Source of the DNA: Octopus sinensis
Lineage: Eukaryota
Direction: 5' to 3'
Assembly: GCF_006345805.1 (NCBI RefSeq)
Contig: NC_043019.1
Location: forward strand, 4,649,360-4,713,359
DNA: 64,000 nucleotides
The position numbers were made by a program, and so were the translations under genes. The notes under the pieces were generated by a model that was not told where the DNA came from, searched no databases, and was given only the letters and a program-made list of their open reading frames with translations. Every line of letters begins with the position of its first letter. Within the stretch, counting starts at the first letter, position 1. Shown piece after piece: positions 63,378-64,000 of this stretch.

Positions 63378-64000
63378 ATGAGGCGGAACACTCCAATCTG
63401 CATTGTATGTATAATCAAAATACTGCGATCAACTGATCTCATTAGAGTTACCGCCCTTCCTAGTTCTCATATTTTAAATACCACCCTCAAGTAGAGTGCT
63501 TGTTTTCAAATTACGTGGATAATCTCAGCTGACCCTTTCATATTTATATGATAGAAAACCAAAGCAGATTCTCACGGCTGAGTAAAAAAAGTATTACATC
63601 CATAACTATCAGGGACTGCATTAAGGAATTTGGAATTCGAAGTAATTTTTCTTTTAAATGCTGTTTAATTCGAGTGGTATTAGGCTGCTTTTTTTGGCAA
63701 GTCGAGCAATCCCATAACTCTTTCGTTGGTTCGCCCTTAACTGTTAATTGCTGTTTTGCCCCATTAACTATCTTTGAGCAGACCCTATGATCAAAGCTTT
63801 TCAACCACGAACAGTTCGTCTTTACTTCAGAAAACAGTTACGTATAAAATCACTGATGCATTAACAGTATTTAATTTCAATGCTGTGCTATACTTCAGAA
63901 TATATATACATATCTTCATACTCAATGTGATAGACAGTTTTAACACTATGTCTATATATATATAGTTCGATTTGAAAACCCCACTAGAATGGGAGAAAGC

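Noticed and set aside
63544-63804. Overlapping 80-86 aa ORFs on both strands
   Set aside because: No recognisable family or splice structure.

Overview
AT-rich, repeat-saturated animal genomic DNA. The SINE, LINE and microsatellite landscape suggests a coleoid cephalopod such as Octopus (inference). The only host gene I can support is EXTL3 (exostosin-like 3) on the minus strand. Four coding exons splice in frame: 33600-31518, 5550-5449, 3216-3062 and 1224-1097; the remaining 3' exons lie left of the window. The rest is tRNA-derived SINEs, RTE and CR1 LINE 3' fragments, piggyBac/hAT/MULE-type MITEs, Helitron-like elements, palindromes, mini/microsatellites and one 100-N gap. Most notable: (1) a 48-nt piece of a downstream EXTL3 exon plus its donor site sits out of order in the large intron, fused to the 5' end of a truncated RTE; (2) five minimal type I hammerhead-ribozyme-like motifs with palindromic stem III; (3) tandem duplications that copy EXTL3 splice donors; (4) a 37-codon uORF ending 1 nt before the EXTL3 ATG; (5) minisatellites repeatedly arising from one RTE 3'UTR module. 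All folding, alignment and family assignments were done by eye.
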